From assembly GCA_964016885.1 (NCBI GenBank), contig OZ024741.1:314650001-314714000 (forward strand): a stretch of 64,000 nucleotides of DNA. The letters run 5' to 3'. Under the pieces are notes generated by a model. The model was given only the letters and a program-made list of their open reading frames with translations. It did not search any database and was not told where the DNA came from. The stretch is from Eledone cirrhosa. Its lineage: Eukaryota. A program made the position numbers and the translations under genes. Below are positions 41,568 to 55,978 of this stretch, in pieces; positions within the stretch are counted from its first letter, which is position 1; every line of letters begins with the position of its first letter.

Positions 41568-42300
41568 CAGAGTGGCCCGGTGTGGCTCGGGCTTCTAAAC
41601 ATAGATTCGCATGTTTATCCCTCCTTTCTGAAACAGTACAGAGAAGTACAAAATACCTCGGCCTCAGGGTGGTGTCTATATATTGTGCTTAGGCAAATAA
41701 TTTTCCATTAAGATTTTCCAAAAGCATGTAATTGCGTTCCCTCTCTCTCTCTTTTTTTTTGCTGCTGTTGGTGTGATAGCAGCCGTTGGTCGTACTACTA
41801 ACACAGTCTTCTCATTCTTCAGCCAACTGGTATATTCCCTTCTGCTTTATGTACCTAAACAGTGATTGTAGCACCTCCTTGTCCACAATGTTCCTTGTTC
41901 TTCCGTGCCGAGCATATACAAAGAGATTTGTCTTGCTTCCCACTCTTGAGAAGCCAACGTATAATTGCCCGTGTGAAAAACATGACTCTTCCAAAAGAAG
42001 ACCAGCAACAGCTAGGGCCTGAGCTTGGATTTGTTGTTAGACATTGCAAAGCTGACACGGTTCGGCGAATGGTTCGTTGGTTGTCTGTTTTAAGTGCTCC
42101 TCTGGTGGCAGTACATTCAGCATCTTGCGACCGTCGAATAGCAGATTCCACTGATGATTCGTTTGCTCGCCTTGTTCTTTTTCTTGCCGTTTTCGCAGTA
42201 TTTAGGCCAATGAAGTATCTCTTCCTTCGAGGCATGACCTAAAAGCAAGACGAGTACACTAATACTAACTGGTAGATTAAGGAGTAAACTTGACAGTGAT
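41563..42300 (-). mobile_element. Internally deleted Helitron (RepHel N-terminus joined to helicase C-terminus)
   Basis: CFSHGQLYVGFSRV...TRNIVDKEVL (PIF1-type helicase end); basic N-terminus MPRRKR preceded by ttttag acceptor; 3' hairpin GCCCG..CGGGC at 41575-41592. Confidence 0.82.
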
Positions 42301-42637
42301 GCATGTGATTTCCGAACCGTTCTCTATGTAATTGCTGGCCTTGTGCCAAAAGTAGTGGGACATCTTGGGTGGCATATCGGCAGTAACAATGACGATAAGC
42401 TGTCTGCGCTTTTGTGCAATAAATACATTTGTTTATATTTTGTTTTTGTGTATGTAAAAATATCTGTACATGAATATATATATGGTCAACCGCCAAGAGG
42501 CTGCTTTCGGTTATTTATCAAATATTTCTTCATAGGAGCCTTTATTCTTATAGCCTGGTCTAATTGACTTTTTATATGGTTAATTATGATAATTGGAGAG
42601 GAAATTGTATATATTTATCTAATAAGGACATGATTTA

Positions 42638-42680
<43 letters not shown>

Positions 42681-42689
<9 letters not shown>

Positions 42690-45600
42690 ATAAATGGAAA
42701 CTATATTTATAAAACCATATTTATTTCATTATATATATTTCAGGGATATCATATTAACAATATGCTATGCCTTCCTCAGACAAAATACAATATAAACAGT
42801 TTTATAGATAAATAGATTTGACATACCGTAACAACATCGACTTGTATTTGAAAAGTTGAATTGGCAGTGAAAAAATTGTACACAGAGAGAAAGAAAGAGA
42901 GAAAGAGGAAAGAAAGACAGAAAACGAAGAAAAAGAAGAAAAAGAAGAAATGCATGGAACAAAATAGAGAGATGGAAAGATAGATAAAGAGAAGAACTTC
43001 ATGTAAAGAAACAGAGAGAGATATATATATATAGAGAGAGAGGAAATAGAGATAGATATATATATATAGAAAACTAGGTAGTGGTACGTCCGTTGAGTAA
43101 ACGTATCAATGATACATTTATTTATTTATTTATTTATTTAGCTCTAGTATTAATGTAAGGGAGATATATGTAGTTAGGATAGAAACCAGCTGTTATATAG
43201 AGAGAAAAATTAAAAATAACCAGACATAGGCGAGGCATAAAAACCCTATGTTTTAATGTAGAGGTATTAGTATGTATAAAAACCAGCCACCATATTGCAA
43301 ATATCAGTATTCCTGAATGAGACATGTATCCATAATGTGTGAAAAGTAATGATCTTATGTTTAGTTTTTTTTTAAAAATTCATATGTTTATGTGATAACT
43401 ACAAACATCTATGTGAATTTACATGATCAACTCTGCAAACACTAAGTTCACGGAAAACATTCTCATTGTGCTATAAAAATTTAAGTATACATATATGTGT
43501 ATATATATACACACAAATATATATAGAGTCAATATTATTACTATTCCTGTCTTTACTCTACAAGATTATCTATCGAGCAGAAATAGAGAGCAGATTTCAA
43601 TATACTAATAAAGATATATATACTAATAAAGATATATACTAATAAAGATATATATCAGAAACAAAAAACAACAATAATAATAAGAATAAGTAATAATAAA
43701 ATAGAAAACTAAAAAATATTACGAAAGAATATTACATATTAAAAATATTACATATTAAAAATATTAAAAATAAAATATTAGAAAATACTACAATAAAAAT
43801 AAACCACAAAGATCAACCCTACTATAGTAAACTCTGTTCAAAAACGTATCTCTAGGATCTCGTCGAATAGAAAGATTTTCGACGAAAAAGCCCAATACTA
43901 CAATGAAGCATTAGCTAGAGCAGGATATGCTGATAAGATTATGTACATAGATAATAATAGACAAACTAAACAAAATAACAACTATTTTAATTACGGCAAC
44001 AACCTTAACAACTATAATAGAAAGCATTACAATAATTCCAAAGGCCAAAAAAGAAATAGAACTAGGAACATAATTTGGTTTGCCCCCCTTTCTCACTAAA
44101 CATTAAAACCCACATCGCTAAACTATTTTTTAAAGCTCTTGATAATCGCTTCCCTAAAACACATAGGTATCACTCAATTTTCAATAGACATACAATAAAA
44201 TTAACCTACTCATCCACCAAAAATTTAGCACAAAATATTAATAGAATAAATAATAGGAACTTAAAACCTAGTGATAATAGCATAAATAATATACAAGTTA
44301 ACAAATGTAACTGTAGAGATAGATCTAAATGTCCGTTAAATAACAACTGCTTAGTTAAAAATATAGTATACAATTGTAATGTTAAAACTGACTCTAATTC
44401 TTTTAACTACGTCGGTTCCACATCGACGGAATTTAAACTTCGCTATAATAACCACAAGAATTCTTTCACAGATCCAAGCAAAAAATCTTCAACGGCACTA
44501 TCAGGCGTACTCTGGCAACTTAAGCTAGATAACGTTAGATATTCGACGGCTTGGAATATAGTCTCAAGAGGGATTCCTTTTAATTCATCCTCTGAGACAT
44601 GTGACCTCTGCGCAGAGGAGATATTCTTTATACTAAAATCTAAAAATTCCCTTAATCTACGGACAAATTTATTCAGTTGCTGCAAACATAGATTAAACTC
44701 AACGTTTAAATATAAATTTAAATTTAAAATGTAGTATATTTAGTTTGATTTATAATTATATGGGAAACTAGCCGATAAATCTTTGATTTCTTCTTTTTAT
44801 TCTTTTTATTTTTATGTTTATTTTTATTTTTATTTTTATTTTTTATTTAAACATTCTTCATGAAAAATTAAGCTACCCTAAAAGGTGATGCTCCAAATAT
44901 TTCGAATAAACGTTACACTAGATAAACTTCTATATTAAATATAAGAACACATGTCGACCAAATGGACATCCTAAACTTTTTGAAATGATCTTTGCTAGAT
45001 GCGATTTGATAGATAATTTTTGGCTTTATCTGTTTTTCGACTCTGATGCTTATAATGAACTTGGCAATATATTGTCAATTAATTTTGAAGGGTTGATCTT
45101 TGTGGTTTATTTTTATTATTGTAGTATTTTCTAATATTTTATTTTTAATATTTTTAATATGTAATATTTTTAATATGTAATATTTTTAATATGTAATATT
45201 CTTTCGTAATATTTTTTAGTTTTCTATTTTATTATTACTTATTATTATTATTATTGTTGTTTTTTGTTTCTGATATATATCTTTATTAGTATATTGAAAT
45301 CTGCTCTCTATTTCTGCTTGATAGATAATCTTGTAGAGTAAAGACAGGAATAGTAATAATATTGACTCTATATATATTTGTGTGTATATATATACACATA
45401 TATGTATACTTAAATTTTTATAGCACAATGAGAATGTTTTCCGTGAACTTAGTGTTTGCAGAGTTGATCATGTAAATTCACATAGATGTTTGTAGTTATC
45501 ACATAAACATATGAATTTTTTTTAAAAAACTAAACATAAGATCATTACTTTTCACACATTATGGATACATGTCTCATTCAGGAATACTGATATTTGCAAT

Positions 45601-46297
45601 ATGGTGGCTGGTTTTTATACATACTAATACCTCTACATTAAAACATAGGGTTTTTATGCCTCGCCTATGTCTGGTTATTTTTAATTTTTCTCTCTATATA
45701 ACAGCTGGTTTCTATCCTAACTACATATATCTCCCTTACATTAATACTAGAGCTAAATAAATAAATAAATAAATAAATGTATCATTGATACGTTTATTCA
45801 ACGGATGTCCATCTACCTACTTTTCTCTATATATATCTATCTCTATCTATTTCCTCTCTCTATATATATCTCTCTCTGTTTCTTTACATGAAGTTCTTCT
45901 CTTTATCTATCTTTCCATCTCTCTATTTTGTTCCATGCATTTCTTCTTTTTCTTCTTTTTCTTCGTTTTCTGTCTTTCTTTCCTCTTTCTCTCTTTCTTT
46001 CTCTCTGTGTACAATTTTTTCACTGCCAATTCAACTTTTCAAATACAAGTCGATGTTGTTACGGTATGTCAAATCTATTTATCTATAAAACTGTTTATAT
46101 TGTATTTTGTCTGAGGAAGGCATAGCATATTGTTAATATGATATCCCTGAAATATATATAATGAAATAAATATGGTTTTATAAATATAGTTTCCATTTAT
46201 TTAATATTGTAAATATACTCCAAATACTTGTCGAGTGCTTTTATATCAGTTATAAATATTTACTAGTTGTAACCCAACAATTTAAATATAACTTTCC

Positions 46298-46300
<3 letters not shown>
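42681..46300 (+). mobile_element. 5'-truncated Naiad-type PLE with ~1.13-kb inverted pseudo-LTRs
   Basis: GIY-YIG ORF 44075..44734 (CNCRDRSKCPLNNNC, YVGST, CDLC, CKH); inverted repeat 42681-43820 / 45089-46208. Confidence 0.92.
46103..46168 (+). ncRNA. Type I hammerhead ribozyme (antisense twin at 42722-42787)
   Basis: UAUUUUGU CUGAGGA AGG..CAUAUU-guu-AAUAUG..CCU GAAA UAUAUA UA/AUGAAAUA. Confidence 0.82.
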
Positions 46301-46347
<47 letters not shown>

Positions 46348-46349
<2 letters not shown>

Positions 46350-46517
46350 TAAAATAACAGATTAAATTTTAAGCAAAGAATCGCTGCTTTCACCATTAAA
46401 GGAATCTTCTGAAACTAAAAATATCAATCTGTGAACGCAGAAGTAAATATTTCAAAAAACGTTGCAGCCGAAGGAAAACAGGAAGACGATACTTTGGTTC
46501 CTGAAGACGTTCCCTGG
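46348..46517 (-). repeat. Solo pLTR fragment of the 12866-14240 family
   Basis: Reverse-complement match to 13964-14135, including the CAGAAGA HHR-like core. Confidence 0.8.
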
Positions 46518-46667
46518 AAATGAACGGAAAATAGCGAAGATAATAGCTCACCAATGAGATTAATGTTTCATGATGTTGTAATGCAAACAGCCAGACATAC
46601 AGATATTATAAGGCCACGACGTTATAGCTATGTACCTATCTAAAACGACAGACTAAGGAAGAGAGAG

Positions 46668-46848
46668 AGAGAGATTGCTAACCGGCGCCTAACACGCCTT
46701 TAACAACAGAACATTGAAAAATAAAAGCTGCAGTTAATATCTTTAGACCGCAAGGAATATATAATTACAAGTATGAAGTCAATCGGATTATAAACGTGGA
46801 TTTGTATAGACTTTGCAAAAATTACGACACACACACACAGAGACGATT
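46668..46848. repeat. Dispersed ~180-bp repeat, inverted copy at 52482-52660
   Basis: High visible identity on opposite strands; both lie between (GA)n and (TA)n. Confidence 0.85.
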
Positions 46849-46867
46849 TCAGTATTATATATATGTA

Positions 46868-46923
<56 letters not shown>

Positions 46924-47405
46924 GGAGGTGAGTTTTATTGTAGTACAATAAAGCAATGCAGATATCGGATAAGAAGCACTCTACAGTTTGTGGGACTGGA
47001 GTATGCATAATATAAGATCAAAAGATGGTTAAAGGAGTTCAATATATTTTATTATGCGCATTTCAAAAACAAACATCATCAAACAATAATATTTGTGTTT
47101 TCATCAGATAAAACAGGAGAACATGATATGAAGGCTAAAAAAACACTTGTTGATAGTGCAGTTTTAAATCAACATATGAAAAGTGGTTTTAGATTGATGT
47201 GTGATATTGGGAAAAATATTTTATTTAGAGAGGGGGGGAGAGAAAAGGATGAAAATAATCATTTCTAAACACAACAACAAAATATTAAATACTAAATCTC
47301 TTCCTTCCAATATTGAATCTCCTACATTTACTTGCTCCTTAACGGTTTAGCGCTTACTCTCATATTGGATACCTTTTGATGGTCCTTCACCTCTTCTTCT
47401 ACAAC

Positions 47406-49808
47406 ATGGATTATTACAACATAACCAATTCTACTAAAGACATTCCTATACCTGGTAAATCTGAATTCACCAAACTTCTTATTGAAAAAACTGACTCCTT
47501 CGTAAGAAGACTTAGATGGACAGCCTATTTCTATGACCAGCGCCTAAAAGGGAACTTTCATACCAAAGAACACAACTTCCTCGATCATCTTTTTAATTCC
47601 AGACGAAATCCTCCTTCCAACAAAAATCTAGCACAATTCGAGGAAGAATTAACTAAAATTATAAAAAATCTTAAATTCAAGAGATACCCTTACAAAGGAC
47701 AAGAGCACCTTGTAAATCTCAAGAACACAATCTCTAACCTAAATTCCTCAAAAAATGTTTTAGTCCACTCTGACAAAACCAATAACCTATATGGTATTTC
47801 CAAGGATAATTATAACAACCTTATCCTAAAGGAACTTAGGAAAAAGTATCGTAAAACCAACCATGAAAATTTAGAATGCATAAACCTTGAAGCCTATGAG
47901 ATTATGTCAAAACTTGGCATTGAAAAAAAGACCGAACCATTCCTCCCAAGAACTCCGAGGATAAATCTCAAGGATCACAAAAACAATTTTCGCACTGAAC
48001 TACCTGTTAGATTAATCGCCCCCTCTAAATCTGATCTGGGGGTTGTTAGTAAAGCCATCTTGGATAGGATTATCCCACAGGTTAGTTCTAATTGCTCTTC
48101 TTTAAACCTAAATTTATGGTTTGGTACTTCTGAAGTGATTGGCTGGTTCAACAAATTGGATAATAAAAACAAACTAAAATTTATTCAATTCGATATTGCC
48201 AGCTACTATTCCTCCATTTCGCCTTCACTTCTCAATAATGCTCTATCTTTCGCACTTAAATATTCTGACATCACCACAGATGAACTTCACATCATCCTCA
48301 CCGCACGTAAAACCATCCTAGAGTTCAACAACGAATATTGGACCAGAGCCGATACCTCTAACAACTTCGACATCACAATGGGAGCATCCGATTCATCCCA
48401 ATTGACTGATTTAATTGGTATCTTCATTTTGAACTCTTTGAGTCGGAAAATTCCTCAACTTCGCGGTGGAATTTATCGTGACGATGGACTCTTTACTATC
48501 CTAAATTGCAATATAGTTAAACTTAATATTATTAAGAACAATATACGTAATCTCTTTAACCAACATAACCTAAAAATTGAATTTGATAATAGTACCAAAC
48601 TAGCTAATTTCTTGGATGTATCTCTTAATCTTGACACTGGCCTATATTACCCTTACCATAAAAACAATGAGAATCTTAATTATGTTAACTTTAAATCTAA
48701 CCATCCTACCAATATCAAGAATGCTATAGTTAATAATATTGGAAATAGAATATCTAACATATCTTCTAATAAAAACATCTTTGATGCTAACGCCAATTAC
48801 TATAATAACGCACTTTCTAAAGCCGGCTATCCAGATAAAATCAAATATAATAAAGAAACAAATTCTAGGAAAACTTACAGTAGAATATTTAATCATAACC
48901 ATTCCAATAATTTTAATAAAAGACCTAGATACAAAAACATAATCTGGTATAATGCTCCTTTCTCCATCTCTATTAATAACAATATTCCTAAATTATTTTT
49001 TAGTGCCTTAAATAAATGCTTCCCTCCCTCACATATTTATAGTAAAATATTTAACAAACACACCATTAAATTTTCGTATTCTACATCCTCCAATATTTCC
49101 AACATCATTTCTAAACACAACAACAAAATATTAAATACTAAATCTCTTCCTTCCAATATTGAATCTCATAATAACAATAATAGTACTCCTGACGTCATTG
49201 TAAACCCTAGGCTAACTTCTGTAAACCCAAATGCAACGTCAAACACAACTTCGCTAAATGTTCATAATCCAACTCTAAATCAAGAAACTATTATTCCTAT
49301 TATTCCTATCGCAAACAACTTCTCCAATCCAATTCCTTCTATAGATAACACTAGATCACTCATTAATAATCTCTCTAATTGCAACTGCCGCATTAAAAAT
49401 AAATGTCCTCTCAACAACCATTGCCTCGATAAAAACTTAATTTATGAATGTAAAATTATAACTAGCACCAACTCCTTCACCTATTTTGGCTCCACTTCCA
49501 CCTCTTTTAAAGCTCGTCTCTATAATCATCATTCATCTTTCAAATACAAACTTAAAAGAACTAACACTGCTCTCTCAGAACTCATATGGTCCTTAAAAGA
49601 CAAAAACATTAAATATAACATCTTTTGGAAAAAGATTTCTTCTGCATCCTCGTAATTGAACAGTTCTCTATCTAAAATCTGTAATCTCTGCCTAAATGAA
49701 AAATTTACCATTATCTCTAACCTAGAATCCATAATAAATAGACGCTCGGATTTGTTTTCCATCTGCCTGCATAAATTCCATAGAACTTTTCACAAAGTAT
49801 ACAGTTAA
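47406..49808 (+). pseudogene. PLE RT-GIY-YIG ORF with one premature TAA (49653-49655)
   Basis: MDYY...KDIPIP, RRLRW, SDKT, LKDHK, FDIASYY, DITMG, IYRDDG, NFLDV, SNHP, CNCRIKNKCPLNNHC, YFGST; the same frame continues after the stop (LNSSLSKICNLC...CLHK), where the sister copy has Tyr. Confidence 0.92.
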
Positions 49809-51040
49809 TATTCAATTCTTTATCAATTTAGAATCTTTTCTCAAAGGCACATATACATACACCTCTTTAAAATATACCCATCTACCTTACTTTAAAGGGC
49901 ATTATACACTCTATAGTACTCGTTTACTCATTTACCTCATCCTATCTTCTCGTAAAACAATAACATTTGTTTTTGACATTTTGAATATTCATCCGCAATC
50001 ATTATTATTTTTTTTCCCTCTATCATAAATCTTTTTAATCTCAATTTCATCCTTAATTTATTATTATATATTTTTTTTAATATATACTCATATATTCTTT
50101 AAAATATACCCATCTACCTTACTTTAAAGGGCATTATACACTCTATAATACCCGTTTACTCATCACCCTCATTATATCTCCTCGTAAAACAATAACATTT
50201 GTTTTTGACATTTTGAGTATTCATCCGCAATCATTATTATTTTTTCTCTCTATCATAAATCTTTTTAATCTCAATTTCATCCTTAATTTATTATTATTTT
50301 TTTCTCCCCATCAACGAACTCATTATTAATACATATGAATTCAATATAAAAACTTTAACTTCACATTATTTTTCTCAAATCCTATACATAAACTTTTTCT
50401 CTTTGCTAATTTTAAAATTCCTACATTTCTCCTTTTGAATATTCACCCACAATTATTATTTTTTTTCTCTCTATCTCCATACATAATCTCCCTTCGTTAT
50501 TTTTTTCTCTCTATCTCCATACATAATTTCCCTTCGTTAATTTTCAAATTCCTTTAATTTATACATTATCTTCCAACGGTTCCCAACCTCTCTATATTAA
50601 AACATTATATCTTTTTCTCAGTTATAAAAACTATCTCTTTCTCTCTATCACCCATCTCTCCCTTTCCACCTTCACTCTCATCTCCTCCCCTTTTTTTCAT
50701 CCTTTCCACCCCCACCCCTCCCTAAATATAATATATTTTTTCCTCGCACATATCCTCCCTTCGTTAATTTTCAAAATTTTTAATTTATACAGTATCTTCC
50801 AACGGTTTTCAACCCCTCTATATAAAATATATCTCCTCTCTGTTATAAAAACTATCTCTTTCTCTCTATCACCCATCTCTCCCTCTCATCTCCTTCCCTT
50901 TTCATCCTTTTCTCTCCCCCCCTCTCTAAATAAAATATTTTTCCCAATATCACACATCAATCTAAAACCACTTTTCATATGTTGATTTAAAACTGCACTA
51001 TCAACAAGTGTTTTTTTAGCCTTCATATCATGTTCTCCTG

Positions 51041-51107
51041 TTTTATCTGATGAAAACACAAATATTATTGTTTGATGATGTTTGTTTTTGAAATGCGCAT
51101 AATAAAA
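51041..51107 (+). ncRNA. Type I hammerhead ribozyme (antisense twin at 47047-47113)
   Basis: UUUUAU CUGAUGA [~16-bp stem II, loop GUUU] GAAA UGCGCA UA/AUAAAA; palindromic stem III AUGCGCAU. Confidence 0.9.
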
Positions 51108-51139
51108 TATATTGAACTCCTTTAACCATCTTTTGATCT

Positions 51140-51327
<188 letters not shown>

Positions 51328-52290
51328 GATATTAACAAATGGAAACTATATTTATAAAACCTGTTGGAAGCTCCCGGATAGTGGAGTTGTAGCTTTAATT
51401 ATATTATTAGGTAAGTTAGTATTGGATATTTTTAAAATAAGCCGTTGAGTTACGGTGAAAGAGAAAGATAGAGAAGGAAAGAGAGAGAATGAGCGGCACA
51501 AGAGAAGGATAGAGAGAGAGAGGAGACAGAGAAAGGAGAGAGAACGAAAAACTCTAAGTCATATCTTGTTGAGTTATCTTAACAATTGAGATGAAATGAA
51601 TAAATAAAATTAGAAATGTTAATAATCATGAATGGAATATACAGATATAATATGAGAAATTTAACCATTGTTTAAATATGAATAGATGTTTAGTTAATCA
51701 GTTAAATATTGAGATCAATATATTAAAAATTGGGATCTATATATTATATAACACGTATACACACGCAAAAATACATACATATAAATATATATACACACTT
51801 ATAAAAATATATATACATATCTAACTACGTATATAATATATACATACAAAATATAAAGGATTCTTTAATTTAAGATATAGGAATCTTATAAAATCAGAGA
51901 AGGAAAATTACGTTATATAGTTATATCAATGTTACAATTGTTAAGATATTAAAGGAAATTTTTACTCCAAATATTTGTTGAGTGCTTTATATCAGTTATA
52001 AAAATATTTGCTTGTTGTACCCCAACAATTTAAATATAACTTTTACATATATATATATATATAGGAACGAGTAGGACCCCGACGGCTGAGCTCAAGCCGT
52101 TTCGACGGCTAATTCTACTACCCTAAGTATTGAGTACTCTGGTGCGTTATGGTCCACCTGGTTCCTTACCACATTTTCTTCGTTATATATATATATATAT
52201 ATATATATATAGGTAAGTTATTCCGGGTTGAAACGGAGGTAACCACAGTAAGTAAGGTACACAATACATAACAGAGTATAAAAGTTTTAA

Positions 52291-52413
52291 TATAGATGAT
52301 ATTCTACTGGACTAGAACTGTTTCATTCTTTAGAAATCATCAGGAATCTGGACAGATTCCTGATGATTTCTAAGGAATGAAACAGTTCTAGTCCTGTAGA
52401 ATCTCATCTATAT
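52291..52413. repeat. ~120-bp palindrome made of two head-to-head HHR-like cores
   Basis: Centre CAGGAATCTG-ga-CAGATTCCTG; each arm reads CUGAUGA U-UUC-uaa(a/g)-GAA-U GAAAC-aguucua-GUC. Confidence 0.85.
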
Positions 52414-52428
52414 CTATCTACCTATCTA

Positions 52429-52485
<57 letters not shown>

Positions 52486-52650
52486 TCTCTGTGTGTATGT
52501 CCTAATTTTTGCAAAGTCTATATAAATCCACGTTTATACTCCGATTGACTTCATACTTGCAATTATATATTCCTTGCGGTCTAAAGATATTAACTGCAGC
52601 TTTTATTTTTCAATGTTCTGTTGTTAAAGGCGCGTTAGGCGCTGGTTAGC

Positions 52651-52765
<115 letters not shown>

Positions 52766-53109
52766 ATCCCTCTCTCTCTCTATATATATATATATACATA
52801 ACGTGACGACATTATAGACAACATAGAAGTTAAAATAATATCGAAACATAGAAATGACCCAACAGGCAGGCAAATCAGAGAAGCAAGTGAAATAGAGCTT
52901 AGAAAAACAAAGTTAAACAGAAAAAACGAATGGAATAACAACAACAAGCATACCCAAACAAACAATACTGACTTAAAGGAAATATAAATAAATAAATAAA
53001 TATATAAAATTAAAATGGCGCAAACATTACAATACAATACAATAGGTGGAAACATGATACTAGTACCACTGATGATGTTGCTGATCTGCACCGAAAGAAC
53101 TTTGTTAGA

Positions 53110-53178
<69 letters not shown>

Positions 53179-53314
53179 TATCTGTATTTTTAACCGTTGG
53201 TCAATTAATGATAAACATTGATTGCCAAATAAATTAACAATGGAGATATCAAAGATACAGAAGTGAAAACAAACCAAACAGTGAGTGTGTTATGTTATTA
53301 TTTCTGCCAACATC

Positions 53315-55950
53315 GTTCGACATGAAACAAAATATGCTCAAAACGAATGCAATAAACATTTCAAAAAGAAATTAAGATGGATGAAGGAGAAAAAACTAGA
53401 AGAGAAGAGAAAAGAAGGCTTCCAAAAATACCCTGATAAACTCGACAATATCTGTATGACAGATGTCGTATTACCTACAGACTTTACCAAAGCCCAGACA
53501 CTAAATATATATATGCTAACACTTTAACCAGTGAAACAGAACAACAGGTTCTACAACACCCACCAAAATATGCAAAATACAAGAAGATAAATTCAGTCGA
53601 ATTGATGTCGGCGGTAGAAAAATCTTTCACGAAGATACATTGGAATGCGAAAAGGAATAAAAACAATACGGACAACAACAATAATAACGAAAGTAGTAAG
53701 ATAAACAATACCTTTGACTATAGAAATAACAGCTATAATAATAATAGTCATAACAATAACAATAGCAGGAATGAGGAAAATAATAATACTAATGGAAATA
53801 GCAGGAGCATCAACGTTAACGATAGACAAGACAACAACAACAGCCAACGCAATAATAATAATAGAAATAGCAGAAGCAGCAACGTTAACGGTAGACAAGA
53901 CAACAGCAACAACCACAATAATAATAATAGAAACAGCAGGAAAAGCAACGGTAACGATAGACAGGACAACAACAATAAAAACCACAATAATAATAATGGA
54001 AATAATAGCAGTAGCAACATTAACGATAGACACAACAACAAAAACAACCACAACAAAAAGAAGAAACCTAATAAAGGTAACAACCACAATGGTAGAAATA
54101 ACAGTAACAACAACAATAACAATGGAGAGAACAACAACAATACATCTAACAATAATAATAATATTAACGGTAGGAACAACAACAACCATAATAACAATAA
54201 TAGTAACACACACAACTATGACGATAGATTTAATGACAACCCCTGAGAGAACCTATTCTTCAACCCAGCTGACAAAATGTATAAGATGAACAAAATTTAT
54301 CACACTAAATTACCTTTTAATAAAATAGTTTGTATATCACAACAAATAGATGACGAAACGGGTACATTTTACCATAGCTAGAAATAAACTTAGACAAGCA
54401 GTAGACCGATATACTAAGAGACAAAGGCGACCAGAAATCCAACAACTTGAAAGGAAACCTGTAGAAGGCCTAATTAGCCTCAAGCAGCGCACAAGGGATG
54501 GTGAGGCAGTGTGTCTACCGACACATAAATCTGGTAGGACGTCAATAGACAGCATGCCGAACTATACCAAGTATATGCAACCCCACATCATGAACAAGAG
54601 CGAAACAACACAACAAACACATGAGGGGAGAGAGAAGATCATCAACGCTCACATGATGATGTAGACCGACATCCTAACGCCAAGCAGAGGCACTGCCAAC
54701 AACTTCCAAGCGTCTAACAATGACATACCAAACTTGTATGGGTTCCGCAGAGACCACAATACAGCCGACGACCCGACGACAGGACCACTAAGACATGTAT
54801 GCGGAGCCAATATTGCTAGCAACTACAGGATCTCCTACTTTCCCTTCGATGGTTATACACCCCATAATTAAGATGTCCCCAGATGTATGTGACAGTACAG
54901 AAGACCTCCTCAGCAGAATCAATGAGTGCAACAAAAATAAAAGCTTATCTAACTGCATCGTAGGCATTATTGATGTAGTATAACTGTACCCATCCATTAA
55001 CATTGACTTTGCTGTGGTAAAATGTGTGGAAATAATCAATGAGAGCGAGGTGGAGTTCAGCGACGTCGACACAGATGAAATGGGCCTCCTACATAGACTT
55101 ACTTATGACACCGAGTACCTAGACAACCATGACCTTATCTACTTCTGCCCCGGTAGACACATAATAGGTAGGCACCTCACCATAACCTCAATGGCTACAA
55201 AAAGACTCCCATGGGAGTGTGGAATGGATGGACCAAAGCCATACGGACACCCCAAAACAATGATCAGGTGAGAAAATTGGTCGCGCATGCAATAGGGGCT
55301 AGTATTAAAACTACCCTAAAAGACTATATGTTTAAATTCAATGAAAATATCTACACCCAGAATGAGGGAGCAACCATTCGCGTCAGCATAGCTGGTAATG
55401 TTGCCAATTTATTTATGGTATGGTGAGAAAGGAGACACAAATATCTCCTAGGAGAGAGCTCCATAGACCTCGTTATGTATTCTCGTTACGTAGAGGATAT
55501 TAATATAGTAATAAGAACACCACACCCCCACAAGTGAGTACTAATGAACGTGATTTAGAGTATAGCACAATATAAAGCATTCCAGCAGATAGCTAATTTC
55601 ATACACCAGAGTATAACTGTAACTGTTGACTACCCTTCGAAACACCCTAACAATAGACTGCCTGTATTAAACACGGAACCCTGGATTAACACTATAACCG
55701 GTAGGTCCCAAATCTCCACTCACACTATGCGAAACCCATGTCCTCCAAATACCTGATACTCAAAAACTCAGCTATGTCCAGTAGTGCCAATTTTAATACT
55801 CTGATCAAAGACTTGGTAGGAGTGATGAAGAACGTGTCCCGCATGTGCGACCGAACCGAAATGGAAAGACACATCCAACACTTCACCAAGGCAGTTCTCT
55901 GGGTACAACCAAAGAGACAGAATCTGAGTATAAAAAGGAGCCTAATAATT
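53315..55950 (+). mobile_element. Degenerate PLE of a different (non-Naiad) lineage with an Asn-rich tract
   Basis: PT(H)KSG, PNLYGFRRDH, D..LYPSI, IYTQNEG, RYVED, LPVLN, HYAKPM across broken frames. Confidence 0.78.
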
Positions 55951-55978
55951 TTAGGTATATTTAGGTATTATATTTAGG

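Noticed and set aside
47406-49808. Selenocysteine recoding as reported for some Naiad elements
   Set aside because: The interrupting codon is TAA at a Tyr position. Cys motifs in the copies checked use TGT/TGC, and no SECIS was recognised.
53593-54215. Hydrophobic poly-Leu/Val/Ile 'membrane protein' ORFs
   Set aside because: Reverse-strand readings of AAC/AAT repeats.
54244-54246. In-frame TGA as possible selenocysteine
   Set aside because: Not at an evident Cys position, and the element has many other disruptions.
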